Shown: one piece after another, positions 9,198-18,983 of the stretch
Numbering within the stretch: the first letter of the stretch is position 1
Layout of the letters: the number at the start of each line of letters is the position of its first letter
Source of the DNA: Candidatus Poribacteria bacterium
Lineage (GTDB): Bacteria > Poribacteria > WGA-4E > UBA9662
DNA: 36,943 nt
Reading direction: 5' to 3'
Assembly (NCBI GenBank): GCA_046582655.1
Contig: JAYGDX010000221.1
Coordinates: forward strand, 1 to 36,943
Position numbers and translations under genes: made by a program
The notes under the pieces: model-generated
What the model was told of the DNA's origin: nothing
The model's input: the letters and a program-made list of their open reading frames with translations, nothing else
Databases searched by the model: none

Positions 9198-9989
9198 ATG
9201 TCTAAAACATGCAGCTTTTCTATTTTGAGTTGTTTGGTATTGTTGAGTTTAACCATAGTGAATTTATCCCATGCGGGCTTAGACGATAAATCCTTGTTAA
9301 TATATTTCTCCTTTGATGAAGGTAAAGGGAAGGAAGCTAAGGACGGTTCTCAACATGGTCATGACGGCGAATTGGTCAAGAGCCCAAAGTGGGTTGATGG
9401 TAAATTCGAAAAAGCATTACAGTTCAATGGAAATGATGGGAACTATGTCATAGTGCCAATCGATAATGCCAACCATGCTTTACAGACCCTCAAGACCTTA
9501 TCAGTGGCGTTTTGGGTCAAACGAGGTGAAACCAAAGACCAAATAAGAGACTGGAATTATATGATTGGTGCCGGCAGTCTGAGATGGCATGTCATTTTCA
9601 AGAAAGGTGGCGAAAAAACTTACTTTTGGACCCAATCAGGTGGAACTTGGGCGCAAAAAGGTATCTCAGATGATATTCAACCGGAAGATTGGGTACATAT
9701 CACTGTGACACACGACACCAAGTCAAACGTCACCATCTATTTTGATGGCAAGAAAGCTGGTGGTGGGGACAAACCACCAGAGATAGACGAAATTGACGGC
9801 TCATTTATGGTTGGTGCCAGGAATCCTGGTATAGAATTCTTCACTGGCATTATTGACGAGGTCTACCTGTTCAATCGCGTTATTGACAAAAACGAAATGC
9901 AGGAAATTATGGATGGAACTTTCCTCCCTGTCCAACCAGCTGATAGGGTTACAACCTCTTGGGCGCATATTAAGGCTAAACGAGATTAG
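9198..9989 (+). CDS. Secreted LamG-like jellyroll domain protein, paralog of the upstream gene
   Basis: AAGGAG RBS, signal peptide ending SHA, LLIYFSFDEG, WVHITVTHD, FTGIIDEVYLFNR and the tail PVQPADRVTTSWAHIKAKRD. Confidence 0.9.
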   Translation: MSKTCSFSILSCLVLLSLTIVNLSHAGLDDKSLLIYFSFDEGKGKEAKDGSQHGHDGELVKSPKWVDGKFEKALQFNGNDGNYVIVPIDNANHALQTLKTLSVAFWVKRGETKDQIRDWNYMIGAGSLRWHVIFKKGGEKTYFWTQSGGTWAQKGISDDIQPEDWVHITVTHDTKSNVTIYFDGKKAGGGDKPPEIDEIDGSFMVGARNPGIEFFTGIIDEVYLFNRVIDKNEMQEIMDGTFLPVQPADRVTTSWAHIKAKRD

Positions 9990-10026
9990 TACCTAACTAT
10001 AACTAATTCAACTCACTATGTAGGGT

Positions 10027-10078
10027 ACGAATCAAGGAACAGCATGATTTACGTGGCCGTTCCTTGATTCGTTTATTA
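10027..10078 (+). terminator. Stem-loop after the LamG pair, probable intrinsic terminator
   Basis: Perfect 14-bp inverted repeat ACGAATCAAGGAAC (10027-10040) / GTTCCTTGATTCGT (10059-10072) with an 18-nt loop, followed by TTATTA (a weak U-tract). Confidence 0.6.
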
Positions 10079-10184
10079 TAGAAACAAACCATCGATATCC
10101 TTCCCACCTACTATCTTCCACATTTTCTTATCGGCGATCATCATTTGAGATTTCACTGAACCCGTTACCACAAATTCTGTTTGG

Positions 10185-11639
10185 ATGGAACCGGATCCGA
10201 TTAATATGCATATAAAATTGGTTCTGATAATAATGGTTCTTCTCTTATCGCTGAATTTACAAATTCAGGCAGAAGAAGAATTGCCCGAGATTATTGGAGA
10301 ACATTACAGGCATGGGTTACAATACTTCAAGGAAGATCAATACCAGAAAGCGCTTCAGGAATTTCAGGCTGTACTAAGTCAACTCCCCCATTTTTTCCCG
10401 GCTAACTACTATCTGGCAGAGATTTATCAAACCCAAGGACTACCAGCCAAAGCCATCCCTTACTATCAAAAAGTAATTGAATCCCCAACTGCTTTTGAAA
10501 CTTTAACTGAACGGTCAGAAATACACTATCAATTAGCTTCTGCTTACCGATTACTTGAACAATATGATGAAGCAATTGATCAGTATCAAAATGCGATAGA
10601 TCTAAACTCGCATCATTCCGCAGCATACCAGGATTTGGGCGTAACCTATTCACAACAAAAACAATACAAACTGGCCATAAAGACTTTTCAGCAAGCAATT
10701 GCTGTCTTGCCGACAAGTGCCATGCCGCATTACAATCTGGGGCTGATTTACTTGAAGCTTGGAAATTTTGATCAGGCAACCATCGCCTTTCAGCAAGCAA
10801 TCGCCAAAAATCAAAAGTTTGTTGATGCGTACAATGGGCTGGGTGAAATCCAGCTCAAATTAGGCCAGCTTGACCAAGCCATGGAAACCTATCAAACAGC
10901 CAATCAGCTAAACCCAAATTCATTAACGACTCACTATGGTCTGGGACAAATCTATGCTAAAAAGGAGGATTTTTCTTCCGCCATCTCAGAGTATCAGGAA
11001 GCTGTCAGAATTCAAGCTGATCATTCGGATACCCGCTATAAACTTGCCCAACTTTACATAAAAACCGGAGAAGCAGAAAAAGCCAAAATAGAAATGGCGT
11101 TTTTCCAAACATTACGACAAACTGACCCTTTACTAGCTAAAGCACAGACATGGGTAATGGCCAACCCTGAGGCTCCTGAAGGATACAACAACCTGGGAAT
11201 TGTATACGCAACGCGACAACGATATGATTTAGCAATCCAGAACTATAAACAAGCGACAAAACTGTCACCGTCATTGGCAACCGCTTACTATAACCTTGGA
11301 CTCATTTATGGAAAAACCAGTCAACAGCAGTTAGCTATTGAATCCTACAAACAAGCCATAACACATCAACCCCGTCTGGCAATTGCTCATAATAATTTAG
11401 CTGTGTCTTACGCCAAACAGGAAGCAACGTTTGCTTCTGCTCTAAAACATGCTAAAATAGCTGTCAAATTGGCTCCTGAAGAAGCGAACTATTACGATAC
11501 GCTAGCTCTAGCGTATTACAAAAGTCAGATGTATTCGGAAGCGGAGGAAACTGTCAAAAAGGCGATTGAACTGGAGCCTCAAAATCAATCTCATCTTGAT
11601 CGGCTAACCCAAATTCTTCACAGTAGAGGCAACCAATAG
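10185..11639 (+). CDS. Exported tetratricopeptide repeat (TPR) protein
   Basis: Hydrophobic N-terminal signal (IKLVLIIMVLLLSLNLQIQA) followed by many 34-aa repeats (AYxxLG..Y...A...Y..AI.L.P). The start may be 10206. Confidence 0.92.
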   Translation: MEPDPINMHIKLVLIIMVLLLSLNLQIQAEEELPEIIGEHYRHGLQYFKEDQYQKALQEFQAVLSQLPHFFPANYYLAEIYQTQGLPAKAIPYYQKVIESPTAFETLTERSEIHYQLASAYRLLEQYDEAIDQYQNAIDLNSHHSAAYQDLGVTYSQQKQYKLAIKTFQQAIAVLPTSAMPHYNLGLIYLKLGNFDQATIAFQQAIAKNQKFVDAYNGLGEIQLKLGQLDQAMETYQTANQLNPNSLTTHYGLGQIYAKKEDFSSAISEYQEAVRIQADHSDTRYKLAQLYIKTGEAEKAKIEMAFFQTLRQTDPLLAKAQTWVMANPEAPEGYNNLGIVYATRQRYDLAIQNYKQATKLSPSLATAYYNLGLIYGKTSQQQLAIESYKQAITHQPRLAIAHNNLAVSYAKQEATFASALKHAKIAVKLAPEEANYYDTLALAYYKSQMYSEAEETVKKAIELEPQNQSHLDRLTQILHSRGNQ

Positions 11640-11720
11640 TTTTTGATTTAACTAACATTCATTTTTTGACGATACAATCTTTTGTCATCTTCCGCATGAT
11701 TTCAATAAAGGAACAAACAG

Positions 11721-12497
11721 ATGGATAAACTACACCAACCAACACTAAGCGGTCAAGAATTGGAAACATATCATCAGCAAGGATACGTTCGACTGGGCAA
11801 GGTGGCGCCCAAGCTAGAAATCGAAGCGCTTTGTCAACGAATCAATGATATTATGCTTGGAAAAATTCGATACGACAACATGTTGATGCAACTATGTCCT
11901 TCTGCTGGCAAACTGGATTTATCTAAGAAAACGAGAGAGTTCAAAGAAGCATCGCTTAAATACAGGAAGATTCAGGACTTGGAGCAAGACCCTCTTTTTC
12001 TTAACTATATCCAAAAACCGCTTTTTCGTGATATCACGAAAAAAGTTTTAGGGGAGAATATCTCAATTTTCCGAGCTATGTTTTTTAATAAGCCAGCGGA
12101 ACAAGGGGTGACTATTAACTGGCATCAAGATGGTGCCGGCGGGTGGAATCTGAGTATTCCTCCTAAAATCACTATCTGGACTGCACTTGATCCAACATGC
12201 ATTTCCAACGGATGTCTTCAAATCATTCCTGGTTCACATAAGACAATGATTCCAGAAAAAGGTGATTTGCTCTCACCGGAAGAGATTGAGGCCCATGCAT
12301 CTGATGATAAACGACTCTATTTGGAAATGGAAATGGGTGAAGTCGTACTTTTACATAATTGGACCCTGCACCGTTCGGAGGTTAACACTACCAATCAACC
12401 AAGGCGCGCATTTAGTGTTTGCTACATTGACGCTGCCACTCGACAGAAATCTAACAATCACCAATTCCCGAAAATTTTCCCCACTTACACCCCATGA
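11721..12497 (+). CDS. PhyH-family dioxygenase
   Basis: YHQQGY, WHQD, WTALD...NGCLQIIPGSH, GEVVLLH..TLHRS, RRAFS. Confidence 0.92.
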   Translation: MDKLHQPTLSGQELETYHQQGYVRLGKVAPKLEIEALCQRINDIMLGKIRYDNMLMQLCPSAGKLDLSKKTREFKEASLKYRKIQDLEQDPLFLNYIQKPLFRDITKKVLGENISIFRAMFFNKPAEQGVTINWHQDGAGGWNLSIPPKITIWTALDPTCISNGCLQIIPGSHKTMIPEKGDLLSPEEIEAHASDDKRLYLEMEMGEVVLLHNWTLHRSEVNTTNQPRRAFSVCYIDAATRQKSNNHQFPKIFPTYTP

Positions 12498-12562
12498 CGG
12501 ATAGTTCTACCATCTAAACAAGAAACAGCTACATTTTATTAACACACCATCGGTTCTGAATA

Positions 12563-14263
12563 GTGGTAAGTTTTGCTCGTTTTTTCGCCAGACCGTACCT
12601 CTTGATTATTTCTCTGCTTAGTTTTTTTGTCTTGAACCAGTTATTAGCTGAGAATGCTAATCAATTCATTGATGTCACGTTTGAAGCAGGTATCAACTTT
12701 CGTCATCATGATGGCAGAAGCGGGCAAAAGTATTTGCTCGAAACATTAGGATCTGGTGCTACCTTCTTTGATTACGACAACGATAACGATGTTGATCTGT
12801 ATGTCGTTAATGGAGCAGATCTTCCTGGTTACATATCGCCTATCCTTCCGACCAACATTCTCTATCGAAACAATGGCAATGGAACATTCACTGACGTAAC
12901 TAAGATTGCAGGTGTCGGAAACACTCAATACGGTGTTGGGTGTGCCGCCGCTGATTACGACAATGATGGTGACGTTGATTTGTATGTTACCAACTATGGT
13001 CCAAATGTGCTATACCGAAACAATGGTGATGGCACATTTACTGATGTCACGCAGGCCGCTAATGTTGGCGAAAACCGTTGGAGTACTAGTTGCGCTTTTC
13101 TTGACTATGATAATGATAGTCACTTAGATCTATTGATTATCAATTACATGAAATTTTCAGTTAAAGAAAACAGTTGGTGGGAGATTAAAGGGGTTCGAAC
13201 TTACCGTAGTCCAGCTGATCAGATCGCTGGGAGCATTTTTGTCAGCGAACCTGACACCTTGTACCGGAACAATGGCAATGGAACATTTACTGACGTCACG
13301 CAAACCGCGGGAATTCTATTGTCGGGACTCGGACTCTCCGTTGCCGTGGGTGACTATGACAACGATGGAGATGCAGATATCCAAATTGCAAACGACATGG
13401 AACGTGATTTTCTATACCAAAACAACGGAGACGGAACATTTACTGAAATTGCAGCTTTTGCCGGTGTCGGTTATGATGAAAATGGAATGCCTGGTAGTGG
13501 GATGGGATCAAGCTTTGGCGATTACGACAATGATGGAGATCTTGATTTAATCGTCAGTAATGCTTCCGCTATGCCAGCTATCCTCTACCGCAATGAAGGG
13601 GGCAATTTCTTTTCCGATGTTTCTTTTTCTATCGGCATCGGACCTGTTACGCTACCATACTTTAAATGGGCGATCGAGTTCATTGACCAAGATAACGACG
13701 GTTTTCTTGATATTTTTATCGCCAACGGTCATTTGCAGGAAAATATTGGCCTGTTTTCGGATGAAAGTTATCCGCAACAGGATCTGCTTTTTTGGAATCG
13801 GCAAGGGAAGAAATATGTTGATATTTCGGTTAGGTCCGGGTTGGGCCGAATGAGCAACAAGGTAAGTCGTGGCACGGTTTTTTCCGATTATGACAATGAT
13901 GGAGATATCGATATTTTTATCAATAATTCCAACCAGTCAGCCAATTTACTCCGTAACAAAAACGGCAATAAAAACAACTGGATTACAATTAAAGTCCTTG
14001 GGACACAAAGCAATCGAAGCGGTATCGGCACACGGATCAAAGTTACAGTTGATAATCTGTCGCAGACCAAAGAGGTTCGGAGCGGATCAAGCTATTTATC
14101 GCAAAATGATCTACGGCTATTGTTCGGATTGGGTGGCTATAAAAAAGTCGATCATATTGAGGTCAGATGGCCAAGCGGTCTAAAACAGAAATTTTTGGAC
14201 ATAGAAGCTAATCAGATACTAACAATAACCGAAGGTGTCCCAGCCGAAAGTATCGATCAATAG
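12563..14263 (+). CDS. CRTAC1-family protein (FG-GAP/VCBS repeats plus C-terminal ASPIC/UnbV domain), exported
   Basis: GTG start and signal peptide, repeated DYDNDGDxDL and LYRNNGxGTFTDV motifs, C-terminal SNRSGIGTRI..GSSYLSQ..LLFGLG..EVRWPSG. Confidence 0.92.
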   Translation: MVSFARFFARPYLLIISLLSFFVLNQLLAENANQFIDVTFEAGINFRHHDGRSGQKYLLETLGSGATFFDYDNDNDVDLYVVNGADLPGYISPILPTNILYRNNGNGTFTDVTKIAGVGNTQYGVGCAAADYDNDGDVDLYVTNYGPNVLYRNNGDGTFTDVTQAANVGENRWSTSCAFLDYDNDSHLDLLIINYMKFSVKENSWWEIKGVRTYRSPADQIAGSIFVSEPDTLYRNNGNGTFTDVTQTAGILLSGLGLSVAVGDYDNDGDADIQIANDMERDFLYQNNGDGTFTEIAAFAGVGYDENGMPGSGMGSSFGDYDNDGDLDLIVSNASAMPAILYRNEGGNFFSDVSFSIGIGPVTLPYFKWAIEFIDQDNDGFLDIFIANGHLQENIGLFSDESYPQQDLLFWNRQGKKYVDISVRSGLGRMSNKVSRGTVFSDYDNDGDIDIFINNSNQSANLLRNKNGNKNNWITIKVLGTQSNRSGIGTRIKVTVDNLSQTKEVRSGSSYLSQNDLRLLFGLGGYKKVDHIEVRWPSGLKQKFLDIEANQILTITEGVPAESIDQ

Positions 14264-14475
14264 ACACTTCTATACGTTGCTCAAATTGTTCCCGACATCC
14301 TTACCATTGAAGAGTAGGTAAGAAAGTAAATTCACAGTTGCGAATAGAATTAAAAGATGAAAGCAGAATTATGATGTGGTAGTATGACATGCTGGATTAG
14401 AAGAGTTACTCGACCAATGAGCTTCTCTCACCTCATTGTCTATCAATAACTAACTTATAGGAGATATATAAGGAT

Positions 14476-15354
14476 ATGAGTCTTGATGTTCGTTCTGCTA
14501 AACTATTGGATTTAGTTGATAGTGAAGCTCAGGTAGAACAAATCGGAACAGGTTGTGTGTTTACGGAAGGTCCTATTTGGAATGCTGAAGGGGATTTCCT
14601 GCTTTTTAGCGATATTCCAGCTAATCAGATGAAGAAGTGGTCGCCCGATTCTGGTATTACAACTTTTCGTCAACCCTCAGGTAAGTCAAATGGATTAACT
14701 TATGATAAGCAGAAGCATCTTATTGCCTGCGAACATGCCAATCGCCGTGTCTCGCGGACAGAACCGGATGGTACTGTCACAACCATTGCTTCACATTATG
14801 AGGGGAAAAAACTCAACAGCCCAAACGATGTAGTGGTGAAATCCGATGGTAATATTTATTTCACTGATCCTCCATATGGTTTGACAGCTATGTACGGGGA
14901 GGAAGGTGGACAAGAACTTGATTTTCAAGGGGTTTATCGCCTATCAGGTCAGGAGTTAACGCTTCTGGTTGAGGATTTTGACCGACCGAATGGACTCTGT
15001 TTTTCACCCGACGAGTCGATTCTATATATTGATGATACGGCACGCATGCATGTTCGGGCCTTTGATGTTCAGCCCGATGGAACCCTAGCAAACGGTCGAA
15101 TTTTCGCCGAAGAAGAGGGAGAAAATGGTGTACCGGATGGAATGAAAGTCGATCAGCAAGGAAACGTCTACCTGACAGGTCCGGACGGAATCTGGATCTT
15201 TGATCCAGCTGGCACGCATCTTGGCGTGATTCAAGTTCCAGAAGTAACGGCTAATCTGGGTTGGGGAGAGGACGATTGGAAAACGCTTTTCATCACCGCT
15301 ACCAGTTCAATTTACCGGATTCAACTAAAGGTTTCTGGAATTCCTGTACCCTAG
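14476..15354 (+). CDS. SMP-30/gluconolactonase/LRE family protein
   Basis: FTEGPIW, FSDIP, SNGL, LNSPNDVV, YFTDPPYG, RPNGLCFSPDE, PDGMKVD; AGGAG upstream. Confidence 0.93.
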   Translation: MSLDVRSAKLLDLVDSEAQVEQIGTGCVFTEGPIWNAEGDFLLFSDIPANQMKKWSPDSGITTFRQPSGKSNGLTYDKQKHLIACEHANRRVSRTEPDGTVTTIASHYEGKKLNSPNDVVVKSDGNIYFTDPPYGLTAMYGEEGGQELDFQGVYRLSGQELTLLVEDFDRPNGLCFSPDESILYIDDTARMHVRAFDVQPDGTLANGRIFAEEEGENGVPDGMKVDQQGNVYLTGPDGIWIFDPAGTHLGVIQVPEVTANLGWGEDDWKTLFITATSSIYRIQLKVSGIPVP

Positions 15355-15515
15355 GTGTGAACCCAGTTGGGAAACAACCGCCATCAGACTGAAATGAGAT
15401 CCATCCTATTGGGCCCATTCATGATGTTTGTAATTCGGTAGAAACAGTGCATCAATGAGTCATCACCTGAAGAGTTGTTTTCGTTCTTTTGCTTGAATTC
15501 TAATGATAGAAATGA

Positions 15516-15878
15516 TCAATTATGCAGCAACTTATTTAAGTCATTAACGTTGCATACGACCATGTATTGATGACCGAGAGCTTTGACTTTATCCTGATAC
15601 CTTTTCTGTGATTCCGACAATCTGCCCTTTGGCGTTTTGATTTCAAGATGAATCGTTTGCCCGCCTGTTAGGAACAATAGAAAATCTGGGGACCCTGCCT
15701 TACCAAAGCGGATAAAACTGCCATTTTCAGTCTTTAGCCCACCACTATTGTTTTTAATGTAGACTAACAGCTTTCTTTTTTCAAGAATGCCGAGATACTG
15801 CTCTATCGCAATTTGTATCTGCTTTTCTGGGATTTTTCTCAGATGTTGAACTGGATGGTGTGTGTTCTTTATGCTCAT
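15516..15878 (-). CDS. VRR-NUC domain protein (PD-(D/E)xK nuclease, usually phage-associated)
   Basis: E..IQ..I...L, GSPDFLL, HLEIKTPKGRLSESQK...V..LG..Y.V; 120 aa stand-alone domain. Confidence 0.85.
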   Translation of the reverse strand: MSIKNTHHPVQHLRKIPEKQIQIAIEQYLGILEKRKLLVYIKNNSGGLKTENGSFIRFGKAGSPDFLLFLTGGQTIHLEIKTPKGRLSESQKRYQDKVKALGHQYMVVCNVNDLNKLLHN

Positions 15879-16388
15879 TATTTTGGATGATGGCAGAAAG
15901 TTCGAAGGCTAAACCAGCTTAACTTTTTATCATGCAAACTCGGAGAAACGTAAATCCGCAAGTGGCTATTATGTTGCGATAGCATAATGCGGTAAGCGGG
16001 CCTGAATTCATTGAGGCGTATCTTTAATAATTAAACGCTGGATCACAATATGAGTTTCGATTAAAGCGTTGCTGGAATCCCTGTTTATTTGTCTGTTGAC
16101 CTTCACGTCACTGTACTAAACTTCATTATAATTTCCAGTCCATTCTTAAAATAACGTCCAAAGTCAAAGCGGAGGAAACCCAATGGAATAAGGTTGGACT
16201 CGGACAGTTTATAGAAGTTATTCTTCCCATATAGGATAATTCTGTTTTCAAAAAAGTAAAAAGAACATAGTATAAATCTTTCTTTTCAATCAGCGGATAT
16301 CTGGTCTTTTATTAATTTTGAACAGAATTATTTTTAAAACAAAATGTTAAAGTTGCAAAATAATCGGATGGTTAAAACTAAAGTAAAG

Positions 16389-17683
16389 ATGTTGAATACA
16401 AAACATGACAAACATGCAAAATCAATATGGGTGACATGTTTCTGTTTAATTATGGCATCGATAGTGCCAATTTCGCTATCGCTCAGGATTCTTGGCCACA
16501 GTGGCGAGGACTAACTAGGGATGGTAAGATCCAAGATAGTCAATGGCCAACTAGTCCAGATGCTAGACACTTGACTACACTCTGGTGCGTGAGACTTGGT
16601 CCTTCCTATAGCAGTCCAATCTTAGGTGGCAACAGGGTTTTCGTTACTGAGACCCAAAATTAAGAAGTACGAGGTTGTCCGTGCATTCAATCAAAGAAGC
16701 GGCCAAGAATTATGGAAGACACGTTGGAAAGGGAAAATGAACGTTCCCTTTTTTGCCAGGAAGCGTGGATCTTGGGTCCGGTTCACGCTGGCATTTGACG
16801 GGGGGGGGCGATTATGCGCGATGTGCTGGTTTGTCTTCATGCAGAAGACGGTCGCGTGATCTGGAAATTGGACTTTGTCGATCAGTTCTCTACACCGTTG
16901 CCTAACTTTGGATTTGCCTCCTCGCCTTTGGTAATAGATCAGCATGTTTACGTTCAGGCAGGTGCCTCCTTTGTCAAGCTCAACAAATATACCAGTGAAG
17001 TCGTTTGGCGAAGACTCGAAGATGCCGGCGGGGTGTACAATAGTGCCTTTTCTTCACCGTATCTGACTTCTACGTTCAATTAAGAACAGATTCTTGTACA
17101 AACCCGTAATGTTTTGGCTGGAGCACGCTTGAAAACAGGGAGCACGCTCTGGTCACATAATGTACCAGCCTTTCGTGGAATGAACATCCTGACGCCAACT
17201 ATTCACCAAAACTTGGTTTTCACCAGTTCTTACGATGGGGCGACGTTCGGCTTTGAGCTAAATAAGGCCGGCGACTCGTGGGCCGTCAAGGAAAAATGGA
17301 AAGATCCAGCGCAGGGTTACATGTCATCATCAATCATAATTTCTGATCATGTCTACCTGCATCTAAGAAACCGACGAATGACATGTTTTAATATTAAAAC
17401 GGGAAAACGGAAATGGATAACCTCCAAGCGTTTTGGTGAATATATGAGCATGGTAGCGCAAGATAACCTGATCGTTGCCTTGAATGATCGTGGTGTTCCA
17501 TTGCTTATTAAGGCCAGTCCAAAAGAATTTGAGTTGTTAGACTCACGGAAAATCAGCGATGACTCAACTTGGGCACACCTAGTGGTTACCACCAATCAAA
17601 TCTGGGTTCGCGAGTTGCACACGCTAACCGTTTTCAAGTGGGAACTTCCGGTTGATACGATTTCACTTCCACCAGATTCTTGA
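16389..17683 (+). pseudogene. PQQ-like beta-propeller (BamB-like, Planctomycetes-type) protein pseudogene
   Basis: The pieces join into one protein: signal-like WVTCFCLIMASIVPISLS; frameshift to AQDSWPQWRG...GPSYSSP; frameshift near 16660 to YEVVRAF..ELW; frameshift at the G-run near 16800 to MRDVLVCL...FGFASSPL; in-frame TAA at 17081-17083, then EQILVQTR...YMSS...TWAHL. Confidence 0.88.
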
Positions 17684-17802
17684 TCCTACCTGATACCAGC
17701 TTATGATACATCAATGACGCGATTGACAAAAACTCTCACCATCTGGAGACAGAAATCCCTAGATCAAAATGAATGTTATGGGTTGCTAATATAGTGGCCG
17801 AC

Positions 17803-18543
17803 TTAATCTCTACTACGAAGTTTAATCAATAAGCGGACAATTTCGATGTAGAGCCAAATTAGAGTGACCATCAGTCCAAAAGCAGCATACCATTCCATGT
17901 ACCTTGGAGCTCCACCTTCCGCACCCTGTTCAATAAAGTCAAAATCAAGTACGAGATTGAGTGAGGCGATACCCACGACAAACAAGCTGAATATGATCCC
18001 AATCGGGCCGGAATCGTGGATAAATGGAATTCCTCCACCGAAAAGACTTAGTACAAAAGAAACTAAATAAACCAAAAAAATCCCGCCAGTTGCCGCAGCT
18101 ACCCCGAGTTTAAAATTCTCGGTCGCTTGAATCCAGCCAGACTTATATGCCATTAACAGACTAAAAAGTATCCCAAAAGTCAGGCTAACTGCCAGTAGTG
18201 GGATGCCGGGATATGCAACATTGATAAAAGCGGAGAACCCGCCCAAAAAGAGACCTTCAAATAAGCAATATATCGGTGCAGTAGTTGGCGACCAAGTTGG
18301 TTTAAAACATGTGATTAGGGCCATAATAAAGCCAAGGATAAGGCCTAGCCCCATTAGAACTTTCGTGGCGCTGGAATCTATTCGAGTCAAGTACCAGGTA
18401 AAGGCAGCGGCTAACACTGTAATAAATAAGAGTACAGTGGTTTTATTGACCGTACCTTGAATAGACATTTTATCATCAACTTGATAAACATAGCCTTTTT
18501 GACTAAAGATGTTGTTGTTTAAGGCAGGATTTGCTGTTCTCAT
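17803..18543 (-). CDS. Bax inhibitor-1/YccA family membrane protein
   Basis: MRTANPAL start, about 7 hydrophobic segments, LNLVLDFDFIEQG..GAP.YMEWYAAFGLMVTLIWLYIEIVRLL. Confidence 0.9.
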   Translation of the reverse strand: MRTANPALNNNIFSQKGYVYQVDDKMSIQGTVNKTTVLLFITVLAAAFTWYLTRIDSSATKVLMGLGLILGFIMALITCFKPTWSPTTAPIYCLFEGLFLGGFSAFINVAYPGIPLLAVSLTFGILFSLLMAYKSGWIQATENFKLGVAAATGGIFLVYLVSFVLSLFGGGIPFIHDSGPIGIIFSLFVVGIASLNLVLDFDFIEQGAEGGAPRYMEWYAAFGLMVTLIWLYIEIVRLLIKLRSRD

Positions 18544-18983
18544 TTTGTGCCTCCTGATCAGTATTTTCTATTTATAAAGAAATAATCTGCAGATTTGACC
18601 GGGCAACTGTTATTTGCTAATTTAGTTTCTTAGTCATGGCAAGCTTTGGCTGGTAATTTTGTCTTGCTCTGTGAATGCTGGAGTGTTTTTTTAGATTTGC
18701 CAAGGCCATTATATCCCTACAAGAGGAACGCTAGCAAGAACATTGTATTTTTAAGTGTTTCTGACAAGCAAATGCTATTCTCTAATTCCCACCGATTCTA
18801 TCCCAATTCTTAACAAATAAAGGAAACGATAGTAATGCTTTCTAGACAGTAATGAGATGATCTACTCAGGTATCGCAGTGGTAGATTTTGCTTGTTTAAT
18901 AGAAACTAAAAGTATCTTTCAGCATACCACTAAACAGTGATATGCTATTGTTAAAATATGGGTATGGTGTATGGAGAAAACAG

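Noticed and set aside
12760..13920. Recurring nucleotide motifs (GATTACGACAATGATGG, AACAATGGCAATGGAACATT) suggesting a repeat array
   Set aside because: They encode the FG-GAP protein repeats of the CRTAC1 gene. They are not CRISPR or non-coding repeats.
15930..16005. Resemblance to a c-di-GMP-I riboswitch (GCAAAC...GAAA...CGCAA...GGTAAGCGGG)
   Set aside because: The bases flanking GAAA do not pair into the required tetraloop stem, and no suitably placed downstream gene exists.
16171..16191. GGAGG followed by ATG-GAA-TAA minigene
   Set aside because: A two-codon ORF with no recognisable continuation; a dead gene start cannot be told from chance.
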